In this document: positions 1 through 9,938 of the stretch, one piece after another
Layout: the number at the start of each line of letters is the position of its first letter
Position numbering within the stretch: position 1 is the first letter of the stretch
From: Candidatus Kerfeldbacteria bacterium
GTDB taxonomy: Bacteria > Patescibacteriota > Patescibacteriia > SBBC01 > CAIJZX01
Assembly: GCA_016193315.1 (NCBI GenBank)
Contig: JACPSJ010000001.1
Span: 791,478-855,477, forward strand
Length of the DNA: 64,000 bases
Direction: 5' to 3'
Program-made: the position numbers and the translations under genes
The notes under the pieces: generated by a model
Databases searched by the model: none
Told to the model about the DNA's origin: nothing
Seen by the model: the letters and a program-made list of their open reading frames with translations, nothing else

Positions 1-1
1 T

Positions 2-1120
2 CACCAGCTTGACAAAACGGTGCGACTTAGCGTCGGCTTTCTCCTGCCAATGAGGCTCGAAGACGTGTACCTGGACTGGGAACGAATCGAGGGGAACGGG
101 CGCAATGAAGTCCTACTCGCGACCACACCCCGAGTCATAGTCGATGCCTACCGCCAAGCCGCGGACAAGGCTGGTGTGAATATCACCGCGGTGGAGTTTC
201 ACCCTCTCAGCTTGACCCGGGTGCTAGATGTACCAGACGTGCAAGCCCGGTTGTACATCATGCCGGACGCATCAACCACTACCTTCAGCATCATTCAGGG
301 ACGATCGCTCCGATTCTGCCGGGTGGTTCCAAACGAACGTCTAGCCGCCGGCAAGATCGGCGAGGAAATTCGCCGGTTAAGAGCCTTCTACGAATCGCAA
401 CGCGGCCCAGTGGCTGACGTCGTTGACCTAAGTCGAGCCCAAATCCTCGGACTCGTGGCCGCTCATCCACTGACCAGAGAGTCCAGTAACTCCTGGCTAG
501 TCAGCGTCGGCGCGGCGCTCCGTGGACTGATTCCCCGCCGACATGACGTCGCCATCAGTTTGATGGCGATTGGCACCGAGGAGGCGCATGCTCTCCAGAA
601 GGCCAAAGCGCTGGCTGGATTCTGGTCGAGCTTGACCGTCGGTCTGGTCTTCCTTTTCACCCTGGCGTACGTCGGCACCTGGGCGGTCACCGGCTCATTG
701 GCCCGAGCCGCTGCCAAGCAACGACCGCTGCTAACCGCCGCGGCCGGTCCGTCTGATCTCGCCAATCTTGAGCAACGGGCCAAGGATTTCAACGCCATCG
801 TCCGGGCTGCCGATCCCATCCTGCAATCAACGCCGCGGTGGGACGTGCTGCTCGACGACCTAAAGGCTCGCCTCAGCCCGGGAATCACCATTAGCGCGCT
901 AACCATCACTTCCATCCGCGACCCGATTACTCTCGCCGGCCTGGCCGTCACCCGCTCCGACCTCAACGCTTTTCGGCAGAAACTTGTGGACTCGGACTAC
1001 CTAACCGACGTCGCCTTGCCATTGACCAACCTCGAACTCACCGCCAGCATTCCGTTTCAGTTCACCTTTCGACTGACTGATTCCTTGCGCCTAACGCCGG
1101 GATCCCCCAAAAACCAATGA
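2..1120 (+). CDS. pilMN: Type IV pilus assembly protein, PilM-PilN fusion; 5' end lies outside the window
   Basis: Reading frame is open from base 2, so the gene starts upstream of the window. First ~170 aa resemble the C-terminal actin-like half of PilM (VNITAVEFHPLSL...). This is followed by one TM segment (FWSSLTVGLVFLFTLAYVGTWAV) and a PilN-like periplasmic region. A 4-nt overlap with the downstream pilO-like gene supports an operon. Confidence 0.6.
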   Translation, partial: HQLDKTVRLSVGFLLPMRLEDVYLDWERIEGNGRNEVLLATTPRVIVDAYRQAADKAGVNITAVEFHPLSLTRVLDVPDVQARLYIMPDASTTTFSIIQGRSLRFCRVVPNERLAAGKIGEEIRRLRAFYESQRGPVADVVDLSRAQILGLVAAHPLTRESSNSWLVSVGAALRGLIPRRHDVAISLMAIGTEEAHALQKAKALAGFWSSLTVGLVFLFTLAYVGTWAVTGSLARAAAKQRPLLTAAAGPSDLANLEQRAKDFNAIVRAADPILQSTPRWDVLLDDLKARLSPGITISALTITSIRDPITLAGLAVTRSDLNAFRQKLVDSDYLTDVALPLTNLELTASIPFQFTFRLTDSLRLTPGSPKNQ

Positions 1121-1677
1121 ACGGAGTTAGGATCCCGCCGGCGGTCCTTAGTTCGCTATCAAAGGCGGTGGTGGCCATGCTGATCGGTGCAGCCGTTATC
1201 TACGTAGCTAGCAACAACATCATCAAACAGGTCAGCCAGATCCAGCAACAACGAATCGCGTTGCGGGTGTTGGACAGACGGTACAACACCGCCGCCAGCT
1301 TGAGGCAGGAGTTATCCCAACTCGGCCCAAACGAAGACCGGATCAAGAAGGCCTTCCTGCCGGTTGAAAACATCCCTGATTTCATTTCGGCCCTCGAAAG
1401 CGTGGCTCGTCAAAGTTCGATCAACCAGACGGTCAAGTTTGGGACGCCAACTCCTTTCCCTCATCCTGAACTTCAACTCTCAACCATTGATTTTGATGTC
1501 GCCTTGGCGGGCACAGTGGACATGTTCCGAAACTATCTGAAAACCTACCAACAACTTCCCTATCTCACCGAAATTGTCTCCCTCACCCTAACCTCGACCA
1601 GTCGCCTCGGCTGGGATGAGTCCGCCACCATTTCTTTTCGGGCCAGGCTGTACACTGGCAGCCTGCAAGAAACATGA
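1117..1677 (+). CDS. pilO: PilO-like type IV pilus inner-membrane assembly protein
   Basis: 186 aa; N-terminal TM helix (AVVAMLIGAAVIYV) then a coiled-coil/periplasmic domain; sits immediately after pilMN with an ATGA-type overlap. Confidence 0.5.
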   Translation: MNGVRIPPAVLSSLSKAVVAMLIGAAVIYVASNNIIKQVSQIQQQRIALRVLDRRYNTAASLRQELSQLGPNEDRIKKAFLPVENIPDFISALESVARQSSINQTVKFGTPTPFPHPELQLSTIDFDVALAGTVDMFRNYLKTYQQLPYLTEIVSLTLTSTSRLGWDESATISFRARLYTGSLQET

Positions 1678-1925
1678 ACCAGCCAGATCCGATCCCTAAC
1701 CGCAGCCGTCTCCGACGGGTGATCTACCCGGTCGTCGTCATCACTTACCTAGTCGCGGCCATCATCTTGGCGCTGGTGGCGATACGCTTTCTTTCCACTA
1801 ACCTCGGTCGAGCCATTGCTATTGACCAAGACATCGGACCGTCCCAGACTACTCATCTCGACCTGGAAACCTATCGCCGCGTCGCCAGACGGCTCGGCAT
1901 CCCCCGGGAGCTACCGCCACTCTAG
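1674..1925 (+). CDS. Small single-TM membrane protein, last gene of the pilMNO unit
   Basis: 83 aa; one hydrophobic helix (VVVITYLVAAIILALVAI); start overlaps the pilO stop; no recognisable motif. Confidence 0.3.
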   Translation: MNQPDPIPNRSRLRRVIYPVVVITYLVAAIILALVAIRFLSTNLGRAIAIDQDIGPSQTTHLDLETYRRVARRLGIPRELPPL

Positions 1926-2371
1926 ATTTCACTCCAGGACGTGGCCGTAATCTCGCCGCTGGCGTCGAGCGGGTCGAGCGTAACCGACACTCTAATCGTT
2001 CGGATGTTTCGCTTCACCTGACCAACCGAGGTGATGGTCTTGTTGGTGTCGTCCCCTTCCACTGTCAGCCGCGCACAGCCGTCGTTATTCGAACAGCCGG
2101 TGCTGGGAACAAAATCGATAGCATAACACGGATTAGACACGTCACACAGGTACTTCTTGTTGCGGGCGATCCGTTGCAATGCATCGCGCGCTCCAGCTTC
2201 AGCAAAGAACAGCGCCTGTGAGGACTGAGCTGCCCCAGCACTGGTGCTGACCTGGATGAAGGTGCTCGAGGCCAGGCCCACCCCGACCGCCACCATAAAG
2301 ACCACCATGGCCAGGACGGCGGGGAGACTGGCAATGCCGCGGCGGCGGTTGTTTTGGAGAATCATGGCCAC
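1922..2371 (-). CDS. PilX-like minor pilin
   Basis: N-terminal hydrophobic segment after a basic stretch (RRRGIASLPAVLAMVVFMVAVGVGLA), followed by the FAEAGARDAL motif typical of the PilX N-domain. It is the last gene of the minus-strand minor-pilin operon. Confidence 0.45.
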   Translation of the reverse strand: MAMILQNNRRRGIASLPAVLAMVVFMVAVGVGLASSTFIQVSTSAGAAQSSQALFFAEAGARDALQRIARNKKYLCDVSNPCYAIDFVPSTGCSNNDGCARLTVEGDDTNKTITSVGQVKRNIRTIRVSVTLDPLDASGEITATSWSEI

Positions 2372-2386
2372 CGGCGTGGTTCGTAA

Positions 2387-2905
2387 CTATCGTAGTGAAG
2401 TGGTCGAAATTTTGCTTTGGGCATATTGATACTCGGGGTTGGCCGTACTGTACTGCTGGGTCAATACCGTCTGAATGGATACCACCGTCCGGTCGAGAGT
2501 CGTATTCTTATTCTCCAGCCGGGTGAAAGTGACATTGGTGACGGTAATAGTCGGTGGGGTGATTGGCTCGGCATTCCGCCTCAGCTGGCCGTCAACCACC
2601 TCATAGGTGACAGTTGGGCCCGCCAGGGTCATAGACAGGATTGACGATTGAGCTCCGGCCGACGGCGGATCAGATACGGCCGATGCCTGTCGGAGGTCAG
2701 TCTCAATACGCTCCATGGCAAACCGCAGTATTGAGTCAACTTCCGCCCGCGCTTCAGCCCGCGCCCGAGCCTGATTGATGGTCGCAAATATGCCGGACAA
2801 GGCGACCGTCACCAGCGATAGCACTGCCACGTAGATCAGCAATTCCAACAACGAAAACCCCGGTCTGCTGATGGCCAAGAATCGTCTGCCTGGCACTGTT
2901 CGCAT
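2387..2905 (-). CDS. Type IV pilin (PilE-like) with class III signal peptide
   Basis: Canonical prepilin N-terminus RPG|FSLLELLIYVAVLSLV, with Glu at +5. The ORF-track start (2974) is probably too far upstream; an in-frame Met at 2905 gives a 16-aa leader and abuts the stop of the giant gene at 2911. Confidence 0.7.
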   Translation of the reverse strand: MRTVPGRRFLAISRPGFSLLELLIYVAVLSLVTVALSGIFATINQARARAEARAEVDSILRFAMERIETDLRQASAVSDPPSAGAQSSILSMTLAGPTVTYEVVDGQLRRNAEPITPPTITVTNVTFTRLENKNTTLDRTVVSIQTVLTQQYSTANPEYQYAQSKISTTSLR

Positions 2906-2910
2906 GGCCG

Positions 2911-5900
2911 TTACGGGCTCCAATTTACGATAATATCGTCCACCCGTGGATAGTTTGAGCCCGAACTCGTACAATCATTTGAGCAGAGCTGTATTTTGTA
3001 CCGGAAGTAACGGTAATTATTGTGCTCGCTATACGATAATGTGACTGGTGTATTAGGGCTGGGGGCATTGTACCAGTCGGTTGAGACGCACGTCGGTCCA
3101 CTTGATACAGCGCAGAAGTTCCATGTACCAGCATCATCACAGGCGGGAGGATTGGTTTTCCCATTTGGACAGTTCGAAGTGGCCAGCTGGAATCGAACCG
3201 TGCCCGTTCCGGCTGCTCCCTGCCACATGACGCTGTTGTACGCCGCCCCGTCGGTCACTTGGGTATCAAAGACGGCTGATGTCAACGTCCCGTAGATCGT
3301 GCCCCCCGGACACGCATTGAAGGTCCAGCTCCCCTGATTTGTGCCAGGAACGTTCGTACCGCCGTTCACCGTGATCGGTACCGTGGCATTCATGTACGAC
3401 ACTGTGACGTCATAGAGTGTGAATGTTCCTGTTCCAGAGATCGAACGGGCCGGTTGCCCAGTGTCCGTCGTTGTCAACGTAATGTCATCGGAATCTGAGC
3501 ATCCATCGCTGTTTCCTCCGACGTCGAGCGTGAGGAGACCGCCACTGGCGACATCGAAGATGCCGCCGAGCATGATGTCGCCAATGGAGGTATTTGCCCA
3601 CTTGCCGTTCGCTCCGATCGTGACGGCGTTCGGCGAACCGTCGACCCTGATGTCTCCCGCTCCCTGCTGCAACTCACCCTGTGTGATGTTGAGGATGCCG
3701 TTCACGCGCAGTTCACTACCGATACCGACGCTCACCGCAGTCGTCGGTTGTGCTTTGCTGATAGTAACGGATGCGAAATCACTGGTGGAACACGAATCGG
3801 CATCGCCGCAGCCTGTGTTGAGCACCGTGGGGGTGGCGCCATCAAACGTAAGAGTCGCGGTACCTTCGTTGAACGTTCCGCTGTTAAACCAGTTCTCGCC
3901 AACGGTCAAGGATGCGGTGGGAGGAGCTGTCAACGTCGATCCATTTCCGATGACGACGTCACCATCGACGTCGACCGCCGTGTTGTTTGTCGCCGCTGTC
4001 ACAGTCACGGGATTCGCTCCACCGGCTGTAAGATCGGAAATTGTCCTGACCGTTCCCGTATCGAACGTGTAGGTTGGATTTCCGCTCGTCGGTCGCAACT
4101 CGAGGTTGTAATACGTTGTGGCGGTGATGTTTGTTGCCGTCGTGCCCGTGTAACGTATGGTTGAACTTGATGGGGTGAACACTTCGCCAGCACCGATGTT
4201 GAAAGGCTGGCCGCTTCCGGAGAGGGTGATGGTGTATGAAGAAGCATTGAACGTGTTCGTACCGCTTGACTGGTTAATCCAGAGCTTGCTTTGGACGGTG
4301 AAGTTTTGGGTGACATTTATGGTTGATGATTCGTCTGCTTTACCGATGTGCAGATTGCCGAACGTTGAGGCTCCTGAACCCCTGATGCTGCTTGGGGCGC
4401 CGGTGAGAGTCGTAACCCTATTCGCGTTCTGAGTTAGCGTGCCAAACGTCACGATTTCGGTGCCAGCAGTAAGATCGTAGTCGTTCAGGGCAAGCGTTCC
4501 AAGGGGGTCAGCGATTGTGACGCCGTCGAGCGCGGCCAGCACCGCCCCGCCCTGCCAGCTCTCAATTTGGCTCGTTGGCGCCGCACCGTTTCCGAACACG
4601 ACGATACCCGGTAAACCTGAAGCTATCGATGAATCAGTCGTTTGGAATTTGAGCTCGTTGTTGATATATAACTTCAGCGTGATGCCGATAACTTCAAGTT
4701 TTATTGTGTCACCAACTGTGGCGGCCGGTATTGTGTCGCCAGGTCCGGGATCGAGCGTCTGGTAAGCGCCACCTAACCATCGGTATACATCCGTCGGACC
4801 AGCGGTGGTATCTGTTGTATAGCAGTATCGATCTAAACCATCGCTGCTTACACGCACACAGACCTGCGCTTCGTTTCCTGGAGAAGCTGCCGCGATGACT
4901 GCCTCTGAATACTGATCAGCACCGACCGGGGATGCCCACGTGGCTGTATTATCTCCAGCCAGCGCGCCACCGAGATCCGAGCTGCTGTAAATCTGCGGGT
5001 CGCCCTGCACATTGTCCGTCCAGCCGGTGCCGAGTCCCGGTCCCGCCCTCTCGAAATCGTCCTGGGATGCGGTCAGGGAGTAGGTTCCGCCGCTGCCCGT
5101 CCAAAGATGGGAGTACGTAGTTGGCGCAACCGTTGCGCCCGTTGCATGGGAGTAGACGACCGTCGAGAAAACCGAATCGAAAACGCCCGGCGTGGTTAAG
5201 GAACCGTCAATAACGAACGGCGTTCCATTTCCTTCAATGGTCAGCACGTACGTATCGGCATCGAGCGTTCCGTCAACTTCGAGTGCAAAGGTGGTGACAT
5301 TGCCGTTGAGCGTGTAGGTATTTCCGGCCCTGATGTACAATTCCTCGCGCGCTGACGAGCCGTTATTATCAACAATCAGGTTGTTGCTTACATCAACGTC
5401 GTGGAACACGTCCGCATCCGGTGATACCGAGTCGTCATATGAACCGAGATTCGAACTGGAGAGCGACTGATTGTCATCACTCCCGATCGTCAGGTGTTCT
5501 TTGTACAAAGTAACGCCGGTGATATCCCCTGAACCGTCGTATTTCGTCACCGCAACCGCCCGATCGGTCGTCAAACCGGTCGAGATATCAATGAAGACGG
5601 TGACGACCGCTCCGCTTGCGGGTGCCGGAACGCTAGCGATGCTCCAGCTTCCTGCGACCGTTGGTTGGTTTTGGGATTGCAGCGTGTCATTGACAGCGAC
5701 GGCAATGGTCCCCACGTCTGCACAGGCAGTCGTTTGATCAAATGCGTTGCACGTTCCGGAGATATTCATGGTAGGTGGTGCTGCCGGCACGTACTCAACG
5801 AGCAGCCACATGGTTGTAACAGCAAGGATCGATCCACCGCGGGTCAGACGGACACCGATTTGTGTATTGTCAAGAACGCTCGGCGTCCAGGCAGAGGACG

Positions 5901-8900
5901 TGAATGGACGGTCGTACGCGGTAATGCTGTACAAACTCGGAATTGAGGTGTCGTTTGTCACCCACGCCGTTGAGGTAATGGCTTCAGTATCGCCTTCAAT
6001 GGCCGGTGCATTGGCACTGTCTTTAAGTCGGACAACGAGATCGGCTTGCGTGGAAGTCGTATTCGTGAACCGAATTCCGACCTGGGTCAGATTCACGAGT
6101 GCTCCGGCTGGTATCACCCCCGCAGTGTCTGTAACGTTTACATCGGCAGTTGCGTTGAGACTTGAGGCAGCCATGTAATGGCCACCAGTTCCGTCATTCG
6201 GAGTAATCTCGCTGGTACAGTCCCAGTTTGCCGTACATCCACCCTGATTGGTCCACTGTGAAAAATCTCCTGGTGGTGCATTGGGTCGTAGGTGGACAAC
6301 GCTGCCCGGCCCGGGGTAGCCGTTCTGCGTGGCACCGATCCCCTTGTTCACCGCGACGTCGTCGATGTACCAGTCACCGCCCTGCCCTCCATTAAACCCC
6401 GTGTTGCCGCCAACAGCAAGGTTCATTACACCATTGGCAATGTTCCGCGTTGAGCTCGTTGCAAAAACGGTGCCGTCGATCCGCGCTTCGACAATGTCGG
6501 TTGATCCCGATCCACGGGTGTCTAACTTCATCTCGATAAAGTACCACCTGTTGGTTGAGAGCACGCCCGAGGTGCCAATTGTTCCAACCTGGTCCCAGAG
6601 ATCGAGCAATCCAGTGGGTCTGATGGTAATTCCGGCTTGCCACGTTCCGCTGGAATCCTGAAAGTGCATGATCATACTGTCCTGCAAGCCGGTTGGAGGT
6701 GAGACAACGTAGAGGTACATCCGGGCGTAAAACGGTCCGTCATTATTCGCCGCCTCAAAATCATGTCCGATTCCCTTACGATCGAGTAAGGTTAATCCGT
6801 TGATCCGCATCGACGCGGCACCGGAGTGTTTCGTTGTGGTGTTGATGAGCGAGATGCCGTAGACTGTCTGGAACTCCACGCCGCTGGTCTCCGACTGCAG
6901 CTCGAACCCGGACGTCCACAGCCGTCCGCCCTCGGCCGGCACGTACTCTACCACGAGCCAGAGCGTGGTGACGAAGGTGTCCTCTGATGATGTAATGTCT
7001 CGAAGGCCGATCCGAGCGCTGTCGATGTCAGTCTTGGTTATCGGGTCTCCGTCCGCGGAGCCTGACTGATTAAAGAGGGTCAGCCGATAATTCTTCGGGT
7101 TGCTGACTGCGTTCGTCGTCCAGCCGGGAACGCTTTCGCCTGGACTGATGTATTCTTCTAAAGCATTCGTCCCTGGGATATTGATCCGAAGACCATACTG
7201 GGTGAGCGGGGTATCACCGTGAGAGTAACGAACGCCAACCTGCGCGAGCTTCACCTGATCGCCGTCGACGATACTCCACGTCGATGCATTTTGGACATCC
7301 ACCGTAATAATATCGCCTGTCGTGCACTCAGCAGAGTCAAGCTCATCATCGATCGGCGTCACCTCGTTGATAATGTCCCAGGCTGTGCTGCCGCCAGTGC
7401 AGGTATTCGAGACGTTGCCGTTCGGGAGCAGGTGGACGACCTTCCCCTCGCCCGGCCAATTCTGGTCATTGCCGCCGCTGTCGTCATTGATCGCGATGTC
7501 GTCAAAGTACATATCGCCCGTAACGCCGGTCGTGTAGTAGCCGAAGTAGAGATCGAGTGCTCCGCTGGTAAAATCTTGGTCAAGCCGAGACGCGAAAGAT
7601 GCGCCGTCAAGCCTGGCTTCAAGTTCGTCGTTGAGACCGGCGCCGTCAGTCGAGTCGAATCTCATCTCAAGCCGATACCACGTGTTGAGCAAGAGCGGCG
7701 ACGAAGATCCGATCAGAATGCCATCTTCTTCATTCCGAAGATCAAGGGTCAGGTTAGTGTTCAGTCGAATACTCGCCTTAGTGCTTGGCGCTGAATTGAC
7801 AAATGCCACAATGAGGGTTTGGGCTGAAGGAGCAGTGGTAATCCGAATGAATGTCCGGACGTAGATGTCGTCGGGGAGATTCGCCGCCGCGTAGCGATAG
7901 CGAATGTTTTCAACGGCAGCCGAGCTGGTTACTTGGGTTCGCAACGACGCCGCGCCTGATCTGACATAGCTGGGGCTGGTGTTGATCGCCGGTAATCCGT
8001 TGGTCGCGGTAATCTCCATGCCCGCAGACAGGCTCTGCAGCTCAAACCCGATGGTTGTCAGCCGACTTCCCGAGGCCGACCCGCCGACCGAGTCCAAGGC
8101 AACCTGCCACGGCCGTGACTCGCTGAACTCTCCCAGCGCGAGCGGACCGAGGAGGTACAGGGCCGGGGCAATGTCCGGAAAATCAATGGTGTACTCGAAC
8201 TCGTGCGTTTCGCCCGTTCTCCAGTCGACGTTCCAGGCAATTTCCTGCTCAAGATCGCTCACTGGTTGCACGGCACCTTCGTCAGACACCGATTTCAGTA
8301 TGAAGTCGGACGGAACACGTTCTCGAACGGTTCCGCGATAATTGCTGTTGGCTGTGATCGTCAGCTTCACGTTGTAATCAACCACCGGGAAGACGCGGGT
8401 GGGGAAGGTGGTGCGCTCGATATCGAAGGGAACCGTGTCGCGCACCTCAAAGAAGTCGTCAATTGACCGCGTTCCGTTGATGTTTGTGGCCGTGACCCGG
8501 AGCCGGTAAATTCCGCTTTGTCCGGCGCGGTACGAGGCGGCGTAGTCGGGGTTGATGGTGACGCCCTTGTCAACGCACTCGGGGTCCGGCCGAATGGTTC
8601 CATCCGATGTGGAGAAACGTTGGTTCCGACCTGCGGGGTCTGTGACGACCAGTTCGACGCCCGCGCTACACTGGGTGTGTCCGGTATCATCCAGTACGGT
8701 CATGCCGATCTCGGTGGTGGTGTCCGGCCGGATGATGGAGCGGCGGACGTTGACGCCGATCACCCCCCAGAAGAATGTTCTGTTCACAACCATGGTCTTG
8801 CCGTTCGGTGCGCGAAACTGAACGCGGGCGGTGTAGCGGCCGGGACGCAGGCCGGCGGTGGAAAACCGGAGAACGGTATCTGCATCGCGACCGCGTCGAC

Positions 8901-9219
8901 GAACTTCTTCTGTGAACGCCTGCTGCAAGATACTGTCATCTGGACTGACGAGCGTCACGTCATCGATCTTCCAGGGTCCGGTCGACGCTCTCAGCAACCG
9001 CGGCTGTAGTGCGTTCGATGAAATGGCGATCGTCGGTTGCTCGGTCACTCGGAATGCGCGATCTTCTGATCGGGCTGACGATCTGATTTGTTGCGTACTC
9101 GATGTCTGTCGGAAAACGACAACCGTCACTATGGCTGCCAGTGCTAGGAGCGTCGCTCCGACTGCGCCGGGGCTGATGATGGAAACATGTGACGATTGCT
9201 TTGTCCTTGATCGTCTCAT
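2911..9219 (-). CDS. Giant (~2,100 aa) membrane-anchored surface protein with two LamG/concanavalin-A-like lectin repeat modules and a Thr/Gly/Asn-rich C-terminal beta-rich region; putative pilus-associated adhesin
   Basis: Single long ORF (track 2911..9330). The likely start MRRSRTK at 9219 overlaps the stop of the upstream minor pilin. N-terminal TM anchor (AVGATLLALAAIVTVVVF). Two ~395-aa internal repeats (about 6933..8118 and 5778..6933), each with a LamG_3-like core (NTWYRLEMRFDSTDG..YFDDIAIND and NRWYFIEMKLDTRGSG..YIDDVAVNK) and ending in WLVVEYVP / WLLVEYVP. It is embedded between pilin genes. Confidence 0.75.
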   Translation of the reverse strand: MRRSRTKQSSHVSIISPGAVGATLLALAAIVTVVVFRQTSSTQQIRSSARSEDRAFRVTEQPTIAISSNALQPRLLRASTGPWKIDDVTLVSPDDSILQQAFTEEVRRRGRDADTVLRFSTAGLRPGRYTARVQFRAPNGKTMVVNRTFFWGVIGVNVRRSIIRPDTTTEIGMTVLDDTGHTQCSAGVELVVTDPAGRNQRFSTSDGTIRPDPECVDKGVTINPDYAASYRAGQSGIYRLRVTATNINGTRSIDDFFEVRDTVPFDIERTTFPTRVFPVVDYNVKLTITANSNYRGTVRERVPSDFILKSVSDEGAVQPVSDLEQEIAWNVDWRTGETHEFEYTIDFPDIAPALYLLGPLALGEFSESRPWQVALDSVGGSASGSRLTTIGFELQSLSAGMEITATNGLPAINTSPSYVRSGAASLRTQVTSSAAVENIRYRYAAANLPDDIYVRTFIRITTAPSAQTLIVAFVNSAPSTKASIRLNTNLTLDLRNEEDGILIGSSSPLLLNTWYRLEMRFDSTDGAGLNDELEARLDGASFASRLDQDFTSGALDLYFGYYTTGVTGDMYFDDIAINDDSGGNDQNWPGEGKVVHLLPNGNVSNTCTGGSTAWDIINEVTPIDDELDSAECTTGDIITVDVQNASTWSIVDGDQVKLAQVGVRYSHGDTPLTQYGLRINIPGTNALEEYISPGESVPGWTTNAVSNPKNYRLTLFNQSGSADGDPITKTDIDSARIGLRDITSSEDTFVTTLWLVVEYVPAEGGRLWTSGFELQSETSGVEFQTVYGISLINTTTKHSGAASMRINGLTLLDRKGIGHDFEAANNDGPFYARMYLYVVSPPTGLQDSMIMHFQDSSGTWQAGITIRPTGLLDLWDQVGTIGTSGVLSTNRWYFIEMKLDTRGSGSTDIVEARIDGTVFATSSTRNIANGVMNLAVGGNTGFNGGQGGDWYIDDVAVNKGIGATQNGYPGPGSVVHLRPNAPPGDFSQWTNQGGCTANWDCTSEITPNDGTGGHYMAASSLNATADVNVTDTAGVIPAGALVNLTQVGIRFTNTTSTQADLVVRLKDSANAPAIEGDTEAITSTAWVTNDTSIPSLYSITAYDRPFTSSAWTPSVLDNTQIGVRLTRGGSILAVTTMWLLVEYVPAAPPTMNISGTCNAFDQTTACADVGTIAVAVNDTLQSQNQPTVAGSWSIASVPAPASGAVVTVFIDISTGLTTDRAVAVTKYDGSGDITGVTLYKEHLTIGSDDNQSLSSSNLGSYDDSVSPDADVFHDVDVSNNLIVDNNGSSAREELYIRAGNTYTLNGNVTTFALEVDGTLDADTYVLTIEGNGTPFVIDGSLTTPGVFDSVFSTVVYSHATGATVAPTTYSHLWTGSGGTYSLTASQDDFERAGPGLGTGWTDNVQGDPQIYSSSDLGGALAGDNTATWASPVGADQYSEAVIAAASPGNEAQVCVRVSSDGLDRYCYTTDTTAGPTDVYRWLGGAYQTLDPGPGDTIPAATVGDTIKLEVIGITLKLYINNELKFQTTDSSIASGLPGIVVFGNGAAPTSQIESWQGGAVLAALDGVTIADPLGTLALNDYDLTAGTEIVTFGTLTQNANRVTTLTGAPSSIRGSGASTFGNLHIGKADESSTINVTQNFTVQSKLWINQSSGTNTFNASSYTITLSGSGQPFNIGAGEVFTPSSSTIRYTGTTATNITATTYYNLELRPTSGNPTYTFDTGTVRTISDLTAGGANPVTVTAATNNTAVDVDGDVVIGNGSTLTAPPTASLTVGENWFNSGTFNEGTATLTFDGATPTVLNTGCGDADSCSTSDFASVTISKAQPTTAVSVGIGSELRVNGILNITQGELQQGAGDIRVDGSPNAVTIGANGKWANTSIGDIMLGGIFDVASGGLLTLDVGGNSDGCSDSDDITLTTTDTGQPARSISGTGTFTLYDVTVSYMNATVPITVNGGTNVPGTNQGSWTFNACPGGTIYGTLTSAVFDTQVTDGAAYNSVMWQGAAGTGTVRFQLATSNCPNGKTNPPACDDAGTWNFCAVSSGPTCVSTDWYNAPSPNTPVTLSYSEHNNYRYFRYKIQLCSNDCTSSGSNYPRVDDIIVNWSP

Positions 9220-9926
9220 GGTGTGATCGTGATGCTCCCGGGAGTGGTAGTGTAGTCGATGTTTGTCCGCGTGTCGAAGCTGCCGCTGTTGATGTCGCGC
9301 AGGTTTGCACCATCCTCCTGCGTCGTCCATGTAGATTCGACACCCGCTCTATTGGGCCAACGCGTAACGTAGTCACTCGCGCTCAGCGCTGCCGCCCCAG
9401 GCCAGCTCACCGCGACAGAAATCTTTTGCGTTGACGGATCGTGTCGATTCGACGGCGGCGTGCACGTGACTCCCGTGCCATTGGAGTTGGTGACACCAAC
9501 AATTGCCCCGCTACCGTCTCGACACACGTTCTGCACCCGAAAAGAACGCGTGTAATCGACGCCGTTGATGGAAAGTATTTCAGACCCTTCATTCGACGGA
9601 TGAGAGATTACCCACGCTCCCGAGGGGTAGGTCGGTGGCAGTTGACCAGTATTCTTTATGGGATGATATGGAACATCCTTCTGACGATCAAAGATGTTTA
9701 TCCAGTTTTCGGTTGCGGCCGCATGCACCGCTTCAAAGGTTTCTTGCATCAGACCGTTGGCGACGTTTCTCTCGGTCGCAATCTTGTTCCCCCGCAGGCT
9801 GACGACTACAATCTGACCGCCCGCGCCAAGAATCACCATGGCCACGGCGATGGTAATGAGTATTTCTAGCAGGAGCTGACCGTTCCGGTGTCGATGGTCA
9901 TGCCTGATGGAGGTGCGTATGGCCAC
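9216..9926 (-). CDS. Minor pilin/pseudopilin (PilW/PilV-like)
   Basis: Prepilin-type N-terminus NG|QLLLEILITIAVAMVILG with Glu+5; 236 aa; stop overlaps the start of the giant gene. Confidence 0.55.
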   Translation of the reverse strand: MAIRTSIRHDHRHRNGQLLLEILITIAVAMVILGAGGQIVVVSLRGNKIATERNVANGLMQETFEAVHAAATENWINIFDRQKDVPYHPIKNTGQLPPTYPSGAWVISHPSNEGSEILSINGVDYTRSFRVQNVCRDGSGAIVGVTNSNGTGVTCTPPSNRHDPSTQKISVAVSWPGAAALSASDYVTRWPNRAGVESTWTTQEDGANLRDINSGSFDTRTNIDYTTTPGSITITP

Positions 9927-9938
9927 AGAACCTAGACG

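Noticed and set aside
463-966. 167-aa minus-strand ORF inside pilMN
   Set aside because: Antisense to a well-supported gene; Arg/Ala-rich composition typical of high-GC antisense frames.
3020-9009. Numerous 60-220-aa plus-strand and out-of-frame ORFs inside the giant LamG gene (e.g. 3419..4072, 5747..6178, 7219..7794, 8518..9009)
   Set aside because: All lie within one continuous 6.3-kb ORF with clear domain repeats; high GC suppresses stop codons on the opposite strand.
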